From positions 10,614 to 74,613 of the forward strand of contig JANOAN010000003.1 in NCBI GenBank assembly GCA_031411135.1: 64,000 nucleotides of DNA. Direction: 5' to 3'. Positions within the stretch are counted from its first letter, which is position 1. Every line of letters starts with the position of its first letter. This stretch comes from a bacterium (GTDB taxonomy: Bacteria > Patescibacteriota > Minisyncoccia > Phycocordibacterales > CAIZLB01). The position numbers and the translations under genes are program-made. This document shows positions 1-9,253 of the stretch, in pieces. A model generated the notes under the pieces. That model worked only from the letters and a program-made list of their open reading frames with translations. It did no database searches and had not been told where the DNA came from.

Positions 1-1422
1 GATAGGAGAAATTTCCGGCAGAGATCGGACACCCTGGTCGCTTATTGTCAAAATAATTTTTGAATTTTTATTTTCAAGTTTGATTGCAACTGTAGAGTCT
101 TTGGAATACTGAATTGAATTTTCTAGAACATTTGCGATTGCGGTATGCAACTTGGTGCGGTCCCCTTTTATTTTATAGTCCTCATCCCCGATATCCATTT
201 CAATATTAATATTATGATGATCGATGATAAATTTTCTATCGCATAAAATATCATTCAAAGTTTGAGCTAAATCAACTTCATCTTTTGAATATTTCATTTC
301 TTCATTTTCTATTTGAGAGATGGCGAGAAAGTCTTTCACGATGACAATAAACCGATCGATAATTCCTTGCAGGCTTTTCAGGCCTATTTTGTCGAGATCT
401 ACGTCTTTGTCGTTCAACAATGAGGCGTAAGCGTTTATGGCGGTTAGAGGGCTTGCCATCTGGTGGCGGGCCAAGGAGACGAACTTTGATTTTATTTCGT
501 CGACTTCCTTCAATTGGTGGTTGGCGTGGGCGAGTTCGAGGACTAAACGGCGATTTTCTTCGTACTGTTCGGCTTGTTTTTTGACGGATTTGATGAGGAG
601 GATGCCGATGAGGATGGAGACCACGAGAAATATTACGGAGGTTGATGCGTTCCCTTTTTGTTCAAAAGCAGTGATTTTTACCAGGGTGAAAATCCATAGT
701 AGTAGGACGAAGATTTCTGTGGTGATTACTTTTATATTGAATAGATGGTGACGAGTAACAGCATAAGTAATAGCTAGTGCTACAAAAATAGTAGAAGTAG
801 GTCCAATCCATATATATTTAAAATTACCCATGGTGTGAAGTAGTAAATTTGTATTGAAAGAAATCACCCCAGAAAGAGTGTACCCAATAAAGATATATAG
901 GATCTGGAACTTCTTCGGGTCATTTTTTGAATAATTAAGGTACTTTTTAAATAATCTTAAAAAGCTGCTACAAAAATAGTAGAGTATATAGATTATAAAA
1001 ATACCGTAGTAGTGTCCAAAAACTACCTTGTTATCAAATGATTCTAAAGCAACCCCTCCTGTAACAATAGTATTTGTTTTTAAAATCAAGAAGATTAGGA
1101 AGATGTTTATAAGTACAACCTTTATTAATTTATTCTTATATTCTTGTTTAAAATCAGGAAAAATTAAACTAAAATAGTAAAAGCTACTTGCGATGGGTGT
1201 AGCTGAAACATACAAACTTCTAATCATAAAATTTATATTTTCGCTATTGGCTATTCTAAAAAATGCAACACTCCCCGCCCACCAAACAATCGTTGTAATA
1301 TTCAAAAGATAAAGAATATAAACCATACCCTTGTCGCCATTTCTATACCCAGAAGAAGACACCGTCACTAGCATTAGATTTATAAGAATAATAGCACTTA
1401 GTAATATGTTTATATTATCCAC
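1..1422 (-). CDS. sensor histidine kinase, 3'-truncated at window edge; multi-TM N-terminal domain, HisKA, HATPase_c
   Basis: Minus-strand translation gives 'ELAHANHQLKEVDEIKSKFVSLARHQMASPLTAINAYASLL' (HisKA H-box) after about six TM helices. Paralog of 2921..4504. Start is GTG 1422 or ATG 1374; the ORF track missed it because it runs off the edge. Confidence 0.7.
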   Translation of the reverse strand, partial: MDNINILLSAIILINLMLVTVSSSGYRNGDKGMVYILYLLNITTIVWWAGSVAFFRIANSENINFMIRSLYVSATPIASSFYYFSLIFPDFKQEYKNKLIKVVLINIFLIFLILKTNTIVTGGVALESFDNKVVFGHYYGIFIIYILYYFCSSFLRLFKKYLNYSKNDPKKFQILYIFIGYTLSGVISFNTNLLLHTMGNFKYIWIGPTSTIFVALAITYAVTRHHLFNIKVITTEIFVLLLWIFTLVKITAFEQKGNASTSVIFLVVSILIGILLIKSVKKQAEQYEENRRLVLELAHANHQLKEVDEIKSKFVSLARHQMASPLTAINAYASLLNDKDVDLDKIGLKSLQGIIDRFIVIVKDFLAISQIENEEMKYSKDEVDLAQTLNDILCDRKFIIDHHNINIEMDIGDEDYKIKGDRTKLHTAIANVLENSIQYSKDSTVAIKLENKNSKIILTISDQGVRSLPEISPI

Positions 1423-1592
1423 TTGTTTCGCTTTATTATATACTAAATGAAAGACATGAACTTTTTATGAAATAAATATGAAATATACACGATTACTTAC
1501 ATTTTTTCATATGTTATATACTTGATTAATATGCACATTTCCATTCATATTAGGAAAGCATATAATATTACCTGCCCCATTAATGATTATGT

Positions 1593-2264
1593 ATGAATTC
1601 AGACTCAAAAATAATTACCTTAACTTATTATCTATTAAGAACACTTTTGAAACCTTTCATAAAAGGTTTGTGGGTTAAAAACGTGACAGGTTTATCAAAT
1701 ATTCCCAAAAGTGGATCAGCCATATTTGCTTTGAATCATCAAAGCTTTCTAGATTTTTTGACGTTTACTGTTATTTCCCCTCGAAACGTACACTTCCTTG
1801 CGGCTGAGAAGTTTTTTGAAAGCTTGTTTTGGAAGCCCATCATGATACTGTCCGGACAAATTAAAGTGACTAGAGAGTCTCACGATAAAGCAATAGTGCA
1901 TTCAATTGTTAAAAAACATGTAGATAAGGGAATGTTGTTGGCAATTTTTCCCGAAGGGACTCGTTCTCATTCTGAATCGGAAATGCTTAAGGCTTATACT
2001 GGAATAGCAAAATATGCCCTTGAACATCGCATCCCTATTATCCCTGTCGGGGTAAAGGGAACTCATGGAATCTTTTCAAAAGGTTCTAGTGAGCTAAAGT
2101 TCAGAAAGAGTGTAGAAATTAATATCGGAGAACCATTAATACACTCCGAATACTGGGGCAAACACTTAGACAAATCTACATGCACTCTTGTTACTGAAAA
2201 AGTCATCAAAAAAATAGAGGCATTATCTGGTAAAAAATATAACCACTATGAATTCAATCAATGA
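1593..2264 (+). CDS. plsC: 1-acyl-sn-glycerol-3-phosphate acyltransferase (lysophospholipid acyltransferase family)
   Basis: Acyltransferase motifs 'LNHQSFLD' (HxxxxD) and 'FPEGTRS'; length typical of PlsC. Confidence 0.8.
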   Translation: MNSDSKIITLTYYLLRTLLKPFIKGLWVKNVTGLSNIPKSGSAIFALNHQSFLDFLTFTVISPRNVHFLAAEKFFESLFWKPIMILSGQIKVTRESHDKAIVHSIVKKHVDKGMLLAIFPEGTRSHSESEMLKAYTGIAKYALEHRIPIIPVGVKGTHGIFSKGSSELKFRKSVEINIGEPLIHSEYWGKHLDKSTCTLVTEKVIKKIEALSGKKYNHYEFNQ

Positions 2265-2943
2265 TATAAAAGTTGCATTTGTTGATCTAGACGGCACTTT
2301 AATAAAAGGTCAGAGCCAAGCTTTGTTTATTAAATTTCTAAAGAATAAGAAAATTATTAGTAATCACCAATCTTTTATAATATTGTCTTGGTTTTTTTTG
2401 TATAAGATAGGCCTTGCTAAAAAAACAGAAAAAATACTCTCCTACGCACTTTCTTGTTTTAAAAACAGACCAGTAAAAGATTTCTACATCTATGTGAACG
2501 AATTTATAGAAAGTGTCATTAAAGCTAATTACTATAAGGACGCAGGGTTATTCTTAGACGACATGAGATCTAGGAATATTAAACTGGTAATACTCTCAAC
2601 ATCTGTAGATATACTTGTTAATAAGATTTCGGAAAATCTTAGGATTGAATCCTACTTGGCCACGAAGGTTGAAATATCCAATGGAATATTCACTGGTAGA
2701 ATTATTGGGGAACAAAATTATGGCGAAAAAAAATTATCAAGAATATTAGAATATATAAAACGAGATAATATAGAATTGAAAAACATCCTTGTGGTTGCGG
2801 ATAATTATTCAGATAAGGAAATTTTAATACAAGCAGGTGTAGGAATTGTTGCAAACCCCGACAAAAATATGATGAATTGGGCCCTACAAAATAAATTACA
2901 CATGATATACTTGGACAGATATGAACCTATTCAGTATATCTAG
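2248..2943 (+). CDS. HAD-superfamily hydrolase (HAD-IB, phosphoserine phosphatase-like)
   Basis: N-terminal 'VDLDGTL' HAD motif I. Overlaps plsC by 17 nt, so translationally coupled. Confidence 0.7.
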   Translation: MNSINDIKVAFVDLDGTLIKGQSQALFIKFLKNKKIISNHQSFIILSWFFLYKIGLAKKTEKILSYALSCFKNRPVKDFYIYVNEFIESVIKANYYKDAGLFLDDMRSRNIKLVILSTSVDILVNKISENLRIESYLATKVEISNGIFTGRIIGEQNYGEKKLSRILEYIKRDNIELKNILVVADNYSDKEILIQAGVGIVANPDKNMMNWALQNKLHMIYLDRYEPIQYI

Positions 2944-4504
2944 TTTGATACTTTGTCTTAGCAGTATCTTTTTTAGTCTTATTGTATATAGGTCTGACAG
3001 AGAAAATCCCGTTAGTTCCGCATGGCTATATACTTCTATATGTTTTGTTGGATGGTCATTAGGTCTCTATGGTGTGACATCTTCTAACACAATGGAGACT
3101 GCATTAAAGTGGCAATATGTTCTGGATGTTTCTGCTATTTTATTACCCGCGTTCTACTTTAATTTTATATCTGAGTTATTTAAATTTAAAAATTATAAAT
3201 GGAGGTATTTAATAATTACAGTATCGTTTATTCTTGCGGGATTTAGTTTTAGTTCATTATTTAAAATTGGAGTAGAACCAAAATATGAATTTTTCTGGGT
3301 TAATCCAGGTCGCTTTTATTTAATATTCCCCATATACTTTATTATCAATGCTTTCATATCAAGTACGATATTTATTTCTCAATTTCTAAAAACATCCCCA
3401 AAATCTATTGAGCGTGGTCAAGTGAGAAACACGATGATTGCAGGCCTTATGGGATACATTGGTGGGGTATCAAATTTCTTCCCGCAATTTTTTAATATCT
3501 ACCCTTACGGAAACTACCTTGTCATCTTGTTCATAGTCTTCATGGTATACGGAGTTTTGAGATATAAACTATTAAGTACGAAGGTTATATCCGCACAAAT
3601 ATTTTCAACGATTCTAGTCTTGGTTTTTCTATTTAACTTATTTCGTTCTGCAACACTTTACGAGTGGGTTGCGAATTTTTTAGTTTTGTTATTTGTGTTT
3701 ATTTTTAGTGTCTTCTTAATAAGAAGCGTTGACCAAGAAGTTATCGCCAGGAAGGAAATCGAATCCCTCGCCACCTCACTCGAACAAGCCAACTCGCACC
3801 TCAAAGAACTGGACCAGCAAAAATCTGAATTCGTCTCCCTCGCATCGCACCAACTCCGCGGTCCCCTCACCGCCATAAAAGGCTACGCCTCAATGCTTCT
3901 CGATAACGACTTTGGACCAGTAGAGGGTGGTGTCCGCGATGCAGTGGACAAAATGTACCAATCTACTCAGGACTTGGTAGTTGTGGTTGGAGACTATCTA
4001 GATGTATCAAGAATTGAACAAGGTCGCATGAAGTACGATTTTTCTGACTTTGACATGAAGGATCTTGTCGCAACTACAATCACCGAACTAAAACCAAACA
4101 TTGAACGCGCAAAACTAGATGTGAGTTTTGATTATGATTCAAATTCAAACTTCATGGTTAATGCAGACCAAGGAAAAATCAGACAAGTAATTGGTAACTT
4201 GTTAGATAACTCGATTAAATATACACCCAAAGGTAGTATTCATGTCTGGCTTCAAAAAACTCCTGAAAATAAAATCTTAATTAGTATTTCTGATACCGGA
4301 GTTGGTATTCGCCCGGAAATTCTACCGAGGCTTTTTGAAAAGTTTACCCGAGCACCCGATGCTTCGAAAACCAATATCTTAGGAACAGGACTCGGTCTTT
4401 ACGTGGCAAAGAAAATGATAGAGGCGCATAGTGGCCGGGTGTGGGCAGAATCTGCAGGTGCTGATAAAGGTTCAACTTTCTTTATTGAACTAAAATCCCT
4501 TTGA
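2921..4504 (+). CDS. sensor histidine kinase with multi-TM N-terminal domain
   Basis: Six to seven predicted TM helices, then 'SLASHQLRGPLTAIKGYASML' (HisKA) and an HATPase_c G-box 'GTGLGLYVAKKMIEAHSG'. Confidence 0.85.
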   Translation: MNLFSISSLILCLSSIFFSLIVYRSDRENPVSSAWLYTSICFVGWSLGLYGVTSSNTMETALKWQYVLDVSAILLPAFYFNFISELFKFKNYKWRYLIITVSFILAGFSFSSLFKIGVEPKYEFFWVNPGRFYLIFPIYFIINAFISSTIFISQFLKTSPKSIERGQVRNTMIAGLMGYIGGVSNFFPQFFNIYPYGNYLVILFIVFMVYGVLRYKLLSTKVISAQIFSTILVLVFLFNLFRSATLYEWVANFLVLLFVFIFSVFLIRSVDQEVIARKEIESLATSLEQANSHLKELDQQKSEFVSLASHQLRGPLTAIKGYASMLLDNDFGPVEGGVRDAVDKMYQSTQDLVVVVGDYLDVSRIEQGRMKYDFSDFDMKDLVATTITELKPNIERAKLDVSFDYDSNSNFMVNADQGKIRQVIGNLLDNSIKYTPKGSIHVWLQKTPENKILISISDTGVGIRPEILPRLFEKFTRAPDASKTNILGTGLGLYVAKKMIEAHSGRVWAESAGADKGSTFFIELKSL

Positions 4505-4553
4505 TAAATCGCCATTTTATGGCATTATGCACCTGCAGCGATAGCTGCTACAT

Positions 4554-4628
4554 GGTGACTATAGTTTAGTGGTAAAACTCCGGTTTGTGGAACCGGTATC
4601 GAGGGTCCGATTCCCTCTAGTCACCCCA
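4554..4628 (+). tRNA. tRNA-His (anticodon GTG) with encoded G-1 and 3' CCA
   Basis: Cloverleaf folds by hand: G-1 pairs C73; acceptor GTGACTA/TAGTCAC; anticodon loop TTGTGGA; T-arm GAGGG-TCCGATT-CCCTC. Confidence 0.8.
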
Positions 4629-4731
4629 AATATATACTCCTAGCAAAATTGACTAACCCCCTTCTTTTGCATACTATCAAAACGGAACTTGAAAAAACAT
4701 CACAAAAACAACACCAGAAAGCAGGTAACCA

Positions 4732-5580
4732 ATGAATCCACAAATCTTAGACGGAAAAATCTGCAGTGCCGAAGTTCGCGGAGAACTCGCCGATGAGGTC
4801 CGTAAGTGTCAGCGTCCCCCGAGTCTCGGTATCATCCTCGTCGGAAACGACCCTCGAAGCGAGGTGTACGTCAGTCACAAACTGAAAGCGGCAAAGGAAG
4901 TTGGAATAGAAACTCACATCATCCGGTGTGACTCAAACATTTCAACAGCAGACCTTCTGCTTGTCGTCGGACGGTATAATCGGGATGTGAACATGGATGC
5001 ATTTATCATCCAATTCCCGCTCCCGCCGCACATCGACAAAGAGGTCATCATCAACTCAATCGACCCTTTGAAGGACGCCGACTGCTTCCACCACGCAAAT
5101 CAAGGGTTGCTTTTCCAAGGCACTCCACGCTTCGTCCCAGCCACCCCTCGCGGAGTGATTGAATTGCTCCGCAGGTACGGCCACACAACGTCCGGAAAGC
5201 GCGTGGTAGTCGTCGGTCACAGCCTCATTGTCGGACGTCCGCTTGCTGCGGCACTTCTACTCGAAGGTCCAATGGGAGAAGCGACGGTAACAATTGCTCA
5301 CATTAAAACACAAGATCTACCGGACGTTACTCGCACAGCGGAAATCCTCATCACCGCGACAGGTAAGCCCGGTTTGATTGCACGTGAACATGTCATGCCT
5401 GGCGCAGTGGTCGTCGATGTCGGTATAACCAAAACCGAAAAAGGAATCGTAGGTGATGTGGACTTTGAAGCGGTTAGTGCTGTTGCTTCGGCAATTACTC
5501 CCGTGCCGGGAGGAGTTGGGCCGATGACGGCCGTAATACTTCTCAAGAACACACTTCTTGCACACCAGTTGTGCCGTTAA
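4732..5580 (+). CDS. folD: bifunctional methylenetetrahydrofolate dehydrogenase/cyclohydrolase
   Basis: Full-length FolD-like sequence ('YVSHKLKAAKEVGI', 'TPRGVIELL', 'PGGVGPMT'). Sits in the GC-rich segment. Confidence 0.85.
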   Translation: MNPQILDGKICSAEVRGELADEVRKCQRPPSLGIILVGNDPRSEVYVSHKLKAAKEVGIETHIIRCDSNISTADLLLVVGRYNRDVNMDAFIIQFPLPPHIDKEVIINSIDPLKDADCFHHANQGLLFQGTPRFVPATPRGVIELLRRYGHTTSGKRVVVVGHSLIVGRPLAAALLLEGPMGEATVTIAHIKTQDLPDVTRTAEILITATGKPGLIAREHVMPGAVVVDVGITKTEKGIVGDVDFEAVSAVASAITPVPGGVGPMTAVILLKNTLLAHQLCR

Positions 5581-5592
5581 TCTTCCACCGAT

Positions 5593-5641
5593 CCATTCAC
5601 GAGACCACCGTCCGTGACAGGGTCGGTGGTTTTTCGTTTTT
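5593..5641 (+). terminator. intrinsic terminator downstream of folD; member of a conserved terminator family (see 9254..9306, 37833..37866)
   Basis: 'ccaccgtccGTGACAGggtcggtgg' hairpin followed by TTTTTCGTTTTT. Confidence 0.6.
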
Positions 5642-5693
5642 ATATATTAAAAAAAAGAGCTTGCAACATATCGCTACGTTGCAAGCTCAGTAA

Positions 5694-6803
5694 TTAATTC
5701 TTCAATTGCTCAATCGACCGTACCAAGTTCTTCCGAGCAGTAGTTTCGTACTTGTCTCGAAACAACGCTGTCGAATAGATCGATGAACGGTCGAGGAAGG
5801 ACTGGAGGACACTTGACCGACCTGCACAGAAGTCGACCTGCGGAACCCAATCATATTCTCTGCGGATTCCCGCTTCGTACGCATCGAAGGCTTTTTCTGA
5901 CTTACCTAAAACCATGAGGTCAAGGTCTACCAGAATTTGAGCTGCACGATCAGTTGGCACTGCGGCATGCTTGGTCTCCATAACCAATTCACTGACTTGT
6001 TCACCTAGGCTATCAGGTAAATCAATCTTTCCGATAGTGTCCTTTGCCAACTCTGCACTCTGCTCTTCATTGTCCTTTGCTTTCGGATCGTAAACTGCAT
6101 CATGGAACCAGATTGCCAATGCCACAGCTGGATCACCTTCGTGCATTTGCTCGAGTTCGTCGAGCATCATCACGATATGTTCCAGATTATGGTAGGCCCT
6201 CTGCGCTTCACCATATCGTTTCAGGAGATCTTCCAAGACCGCTTCCGATCCTTTAGGATTTCCCAACACCGACATAAGCGTCGCCCAATGCTTCCGTGCT
6301 TTTCCGAGAACAAACTTTTCCTTGAGTCTGACCACAACGGCTGCAGGAACTGAACGAGTCACTTGGCTCTCCCACTCGGGGTCGATTCCAACATGCCCCT
6401 TTACCATACTTGAACTCACATGCATGAGATTCGGCAAGCATGGAACCCAGATAGTTTCGACTGTTGGGCAGATCATGCGATTCTCTTCGGCCAGCGTTTG
6501 CTCGGCTTCGAGATCTTTGAAGTTCCGCAGACCCCGAACAATGACTTGTGCACCGATAGATTCGGCATGCTTTACGACGTAATGGCCGGAGCAGACATCC
6601 ACGGTGACATTTGGCAGATGTACTACAGCTGCCTTAGCCATACCTACTCGCTCCTCGGGAGTGAATGTGTATGTCTTTCGAGGATCCACTGCGACGAGAA
6701 CAATGAGTTCATCGTAGAGCGGTGCCATCCGTTCGATGACGTTGATGTGTCCGTTTGTGATTGGATCGAGACTTGCCGCATATACTGCTTTTCTTGCTTT
6801 CAT
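5694..6803 (-). CDS. coaD: phosphopantetheine adenylyltransferase (CoaD) fused to a C-terminal HD-domain phosphohydrolase
   Basis: N-terminal 155 aa align to PPAT ('AVYAASLDPITNGHINVIER', 'IRGLRNFKD'). The C-terminal ~200 aa carry HD motifs 'YHNLEH' and 'WFHDAVYDP'. Confidence 0.8.
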   Translation of the reverse strand: MKARKAVYAASLDPITNGHINVIERMAPLYDELIVLVAVDPRKTYTFTPEERVGMAKAAVVHLPNVTVDVCSGHYVVKHAESIGAQVIVRGLRNFKDLEAEQTLAEENRMICPTVETIWVPCLPNLMHVSSSMVKGHVGIDPEWESQVTRSVPAAVVVRLKEKFVLGKARKHWATLMSVLGNPKGSEAVLEDLLKRYGEAQRAYHNLEHIVMMLDELEQMHEGDPAVALAIWFHDAVYDPKAKDNEEQSAELAKDTIGKIDLPDSLGEQVSELVMETKHAAVPTDRAAQILVDLDLMVLGKSEKAFDAYEAGIRREYDWVPQVDFCAGRSSVLQSFLDRSSIYSTALFRDKYETTARKNLVRSIEQLKN

Positions 6804-6805
6804 AA

Positions 6806-7402
6806 CTATTTTCCTTTCTTTTGTTTGAGATTTTGATAGAGATTGCTCACCCTATCTTTGAGTTGATCCAAGCTACAGTCTGTGTGAACCACAAACTGAG
6901 CTCTCTGTTCTTTTTCTGCTGATGGAAGTTGCTGATCAAGTCTGGCTTGTATCTCTACATCGTCCATCTGTCTGTTTTCTCGCAATCTTCGAAACTGCTC
7001 GTCAGGATTACAGGTTGCAACTATGATCTCTGCAAACTGTTCCTCGCTCATTGTTTCGAAAATGATAGCTGACTCGACAATGCAAACCTTGCCATCACCG
7101 GCAAAATCAACCTTCTCATTCACACTTGCCCACACAAGGGGGTGGATCAGAGCTTCAAGCAATCTTTTCTTTTCAGGGTCCTCAAAGATGATTTTTGCAA
7201 TTGCTCGAAAGTTCACTTTTTCACTTGAGAAAACGTTTATACCAAGGATGGTATTGATTTGATGTCTGTGTGCATTACCAGAGATGATTTCTTTAGCAAT
7301 CTGGTCACAATCTAGAATCAATACATCTGGATACTTTGAGAGCAGTGTTGCCACAGCACTCTTACCGCAGCCTATATTGCCCGTAAGTCCGAATGGTTTC
7401 AT
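6806..7402 (-). CDS. coaE: dephospho-CoA kinase
   Basis: 'GLTGNIGCGKSAV' P-loop; DPCK-like length. Separated by 2 nt from coaD, so an operon. Confidence 0.8.
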   Translation of the reverse strand: MKPFGLTGNIGCGKSAVATLLSKYPDVLILDCDQIAKEIISGNAHRHQINTILGINVFSSEKVNFRAIAKIIFEDPEKKRLLEALIHPLVWASVNEKVDFAGDGKVCIVESAIIFETMSEEQFAEIIVATCNPDEQFRRLRENRQMDDVEIQARLDQQLPSAEKEQRAQFVVHTDCSLDQLKDRVSNLYQNLKQKKGK

Positions 7403-7453
7403 AAGTTGTCCTTTCTTTTTTAAATGTGCTGTTCCGGAGTCATCTTCATATTT

Positions 7454-7481
7454 TTGACAAAAAGAGTCAATACTGTATAAT
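7454..7481 (+). promoter_or_regulatory. sigma70-like promoter (TTGACA-16-TATAAT) for the TrmB-like regulator gene
   Basis: TTGACA at 7454-7459 and TATAAT at 7476-7481, about 15 nt before the ATG at 7497. Confidence 0.5.
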
Positions 7482-7496
7482 AACCATTATACAAAT

Positions 7497-8264
7497 ATGC
7501 AAGAGCCCCGAAAACATCTTATGAGTCTTGGTTTAAGTGATTCTGAAGTCACCGTGTATTTAGCCATGGTGTCAGGGGCCAGAACTGCTAGAGATCTCGT
7601 AAAGGTTACTCGCCTAAAAAGACCAACAGTTTACTATGCACTGGGTTGTCTAGAAAAAAGAGGACTGACAAGCAAAACTGGCTTAGCGGGTGATAAAAGC
7701 TTTTCACTTGAACAAATTGAAAAACTATCTGTCATTGCTAAAGAAAAAGCATTGGAGTTTTCTAAACTTCAACAACGCATCGATGAGATGGTCCCTACCC
7801 TATCAGCTACATCATCTCCAGCTAATCAAAAACCAACAGTCGCTTTTTATGAGGGAGTAGACGCAGTGAAGAGCGCCGTCATGGATATGCTTTATTGTAA
7901 AAGTAAAAAAATTAGCTCTGTTGTGCCCAAGCAAAACTTTTTCTGGCAGGTAGGCCAAGATTTTGTTGAGCTTTATATTGAGGAGCGTGTTAAGCGAAGT
8001 ATTAAAACTAAGAATTTATGGGAAGCACCCATAAATAAGGGATTAATAAAACAATATTACGAGGGATTATCGCAAGTCAGAATATTACCTGAAGTAATGC
8101 ATGATAAATTTCAAACAACAACCTTTATGTATGACGACAAGACTCTCTATGTATCCTCAAAAAATAACAGCTACTGTGTACTTATAAAATCTAAGGAGCA
8201 CACGGATACGATGCGGGCATGGTTTGATGGGCTTTGGGGTGCATCGAAGCCGCATGATAGGTAG
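7497..8264 (+). CDS. TrmB-family transcriptional regulator
   Basis: N-terminal winged HTH 'LGLSDSEVTVYLAMVSGARTARDLVKVTRLKRPTVYYALGCLEKRGL', followed by a TrmB-like C-terminal domain. Confidence 0.65.
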   Translation: MQEPRKHLMSLGLSDSEVTVYLAMVSGARTARDLVKVTRLKRPTVYYALGCLEKRGLTSKTGLAGDKSFSLEQIEKLSVIAKEKALEFSKLQQRIDEMVPTLSATSSPANQKPTVAFYEGVDAVKSAVMDMLYCKSKKISSVVPKQNFFWQVGQDFVELYIEERVKRSIKTKNLWEAPINKGLIKQYYEGLSQVRILPEVMHDKFQTTTFMYDDKTLYVSSKNNSYCVLIKSKEHTDTMRAWFDGLWGASKPHDR

Positions 8265-8307
8265 AGCAAATATGACAGAGACACCAATAACCTGATAAAA
8301 TATAGGT

Positions 8308-8727
8308 ATGGATATTATTTCTAGAATAAAGGCACTGCACCTTCCAATCGGTAAGTATATTGTCTTTGGTAGTTCTGTTATGGAAATTCATGGAATACGA
8401 AAATCTAGAGATGTTGATTTAATTATTGATAAAGATATATACGAGGAATTAAAGAAGCGTGGGTGGAAAAGACACTGGTTTTTTAAAAGGGTTCTTACTT
8501 GTAAGGCTTTGAAAAAAGATGGGAACGAGGCTTTCAGTCATATAAAGTGGAAAAATTATAGGGTAGAAAATGATGAGCTGTTTAGAAATGCGGAGATAAT
8601 AGACGGAGTCCCATTTATGGAGCTTAGGGAATATTTAAGGTACAAAAGATGTCTTCCACGAGCAAAGGATAAGATGGATGTTAAGTTGCTGGAAGATTAC
8701 TTTTCATCTAAAGGAATAGTGGTGTAA
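8308..8727 (+). CDS. nucleotidyltransferase-domain protein (pol-beta-like minimal NTase)
   Basis: 'FGSSVMEIHGIRKSRDVDLII' matches the GS...DxD NTase signature. Confidence 0.5.
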   Translation: MDIISRIKALHLPIGKYIVFGSSVMEIHGIRKSRDVDLIIDKDIYEELKKRGWKRHWFFKRVLTCKALKKDGNEAFSHIKWKNYRVENDELFRNAEIIDGVPFMELREYLRYKRCLPRAKDKMDVKLLEDYFSSKGIVV

Positions 8728-8846
8728 AATTTTCATAAAGATCATCTAGCCAATTCCTCAAAACCATGTTATTTTCTAGGCGGACTCCGGTATAGTATCG
8801 GACGACAAGAAACTAAATTCAACGGCCCAACTGGGCTAGAAAGGAA

Positions 8847-9236
8847 ATGGCCATGCCATATGCACGATTGGTAGTACAGAGGACAGCGCACACACAACTC
8901 GGAAGTAACCAAAGCCTCATTGAGCTCGCAAACAAACTTCGCGGGTTGATCGCAGGTTGCCTCACTTGTAACGACGAAGGAGGAAAACTCCAGCCAACCG
9001 ACGTAGAAGTTGAGATCGTCGATCGCGATTGGCGTCATGTCAGTGGAAGCCACTATGATGTAACTCTTACGGTCTTTGCCAAGGAATACCCGAGCCGCAA
9101 GGTCAACCTTGGCCTCTACACGACGGGCTTAACCAAAGGACTCCAAGGTCTGCTTCCTGAGGGGCTTACCGGCTTCGTTTGGGTTCTCCTCTGCCCCGCT
9201 GCATTTGTCGAGTTTGGTTTTGAGAAAAAGGAATAA
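8847..9236 (+). CDS. hypothetical protein (GC-rich)
   Basis: ORF with an upstream AAAGGAAAT RBS; a plus-strand terminator of the conserved family follows. Preferred over the antisense ORF 8769..9053. Confidence 0.45.
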   Translation: MAMPYARLVVQRTAHTQLGSNQSLIELANKLRGLIAGCLTCNDEGGKLQPTDVEVEIVDRDWRHVSGSHYDVTLTVFAKEYPSRKVNLGLYTTGLTKGLQGLLPEGLTGFVWVLLCPAAFVEFGFEKKE

Positions 9237-9253
9237 GGAGGAACCGACCATCG

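Noticed and set aside
437-751. 104-aa plus-strand ORF from the six-frame track
   Set aside because: Lies entirely antisense within the well-supported minus-strand histidine kinase (HisKA/HATPase_c motifs); no RBS or homology-like features.
3658-3876. Short antisense ORFs inside larger genes (e.g. 3658..3876, 5298..5565, 6044..6836 plus-strand set, 16250..16975, 19877..20095, 20801..21049, 53586..54039, 60097..60560, 61323..62580)
   Set aside because: Each overlaps a confidently annotated gene with clear motifs on the opposite strand. Typical GC-rich or antisense open frames.
8769-9053. Minus-strand 94-aa ORF in the GC-rich segment
   Set aside because: The plus-strand ORF 8847..9236 has an RBS and is followed by a plus-oriented intrinsic terminator. 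The antisense ORF is therefore less likely.
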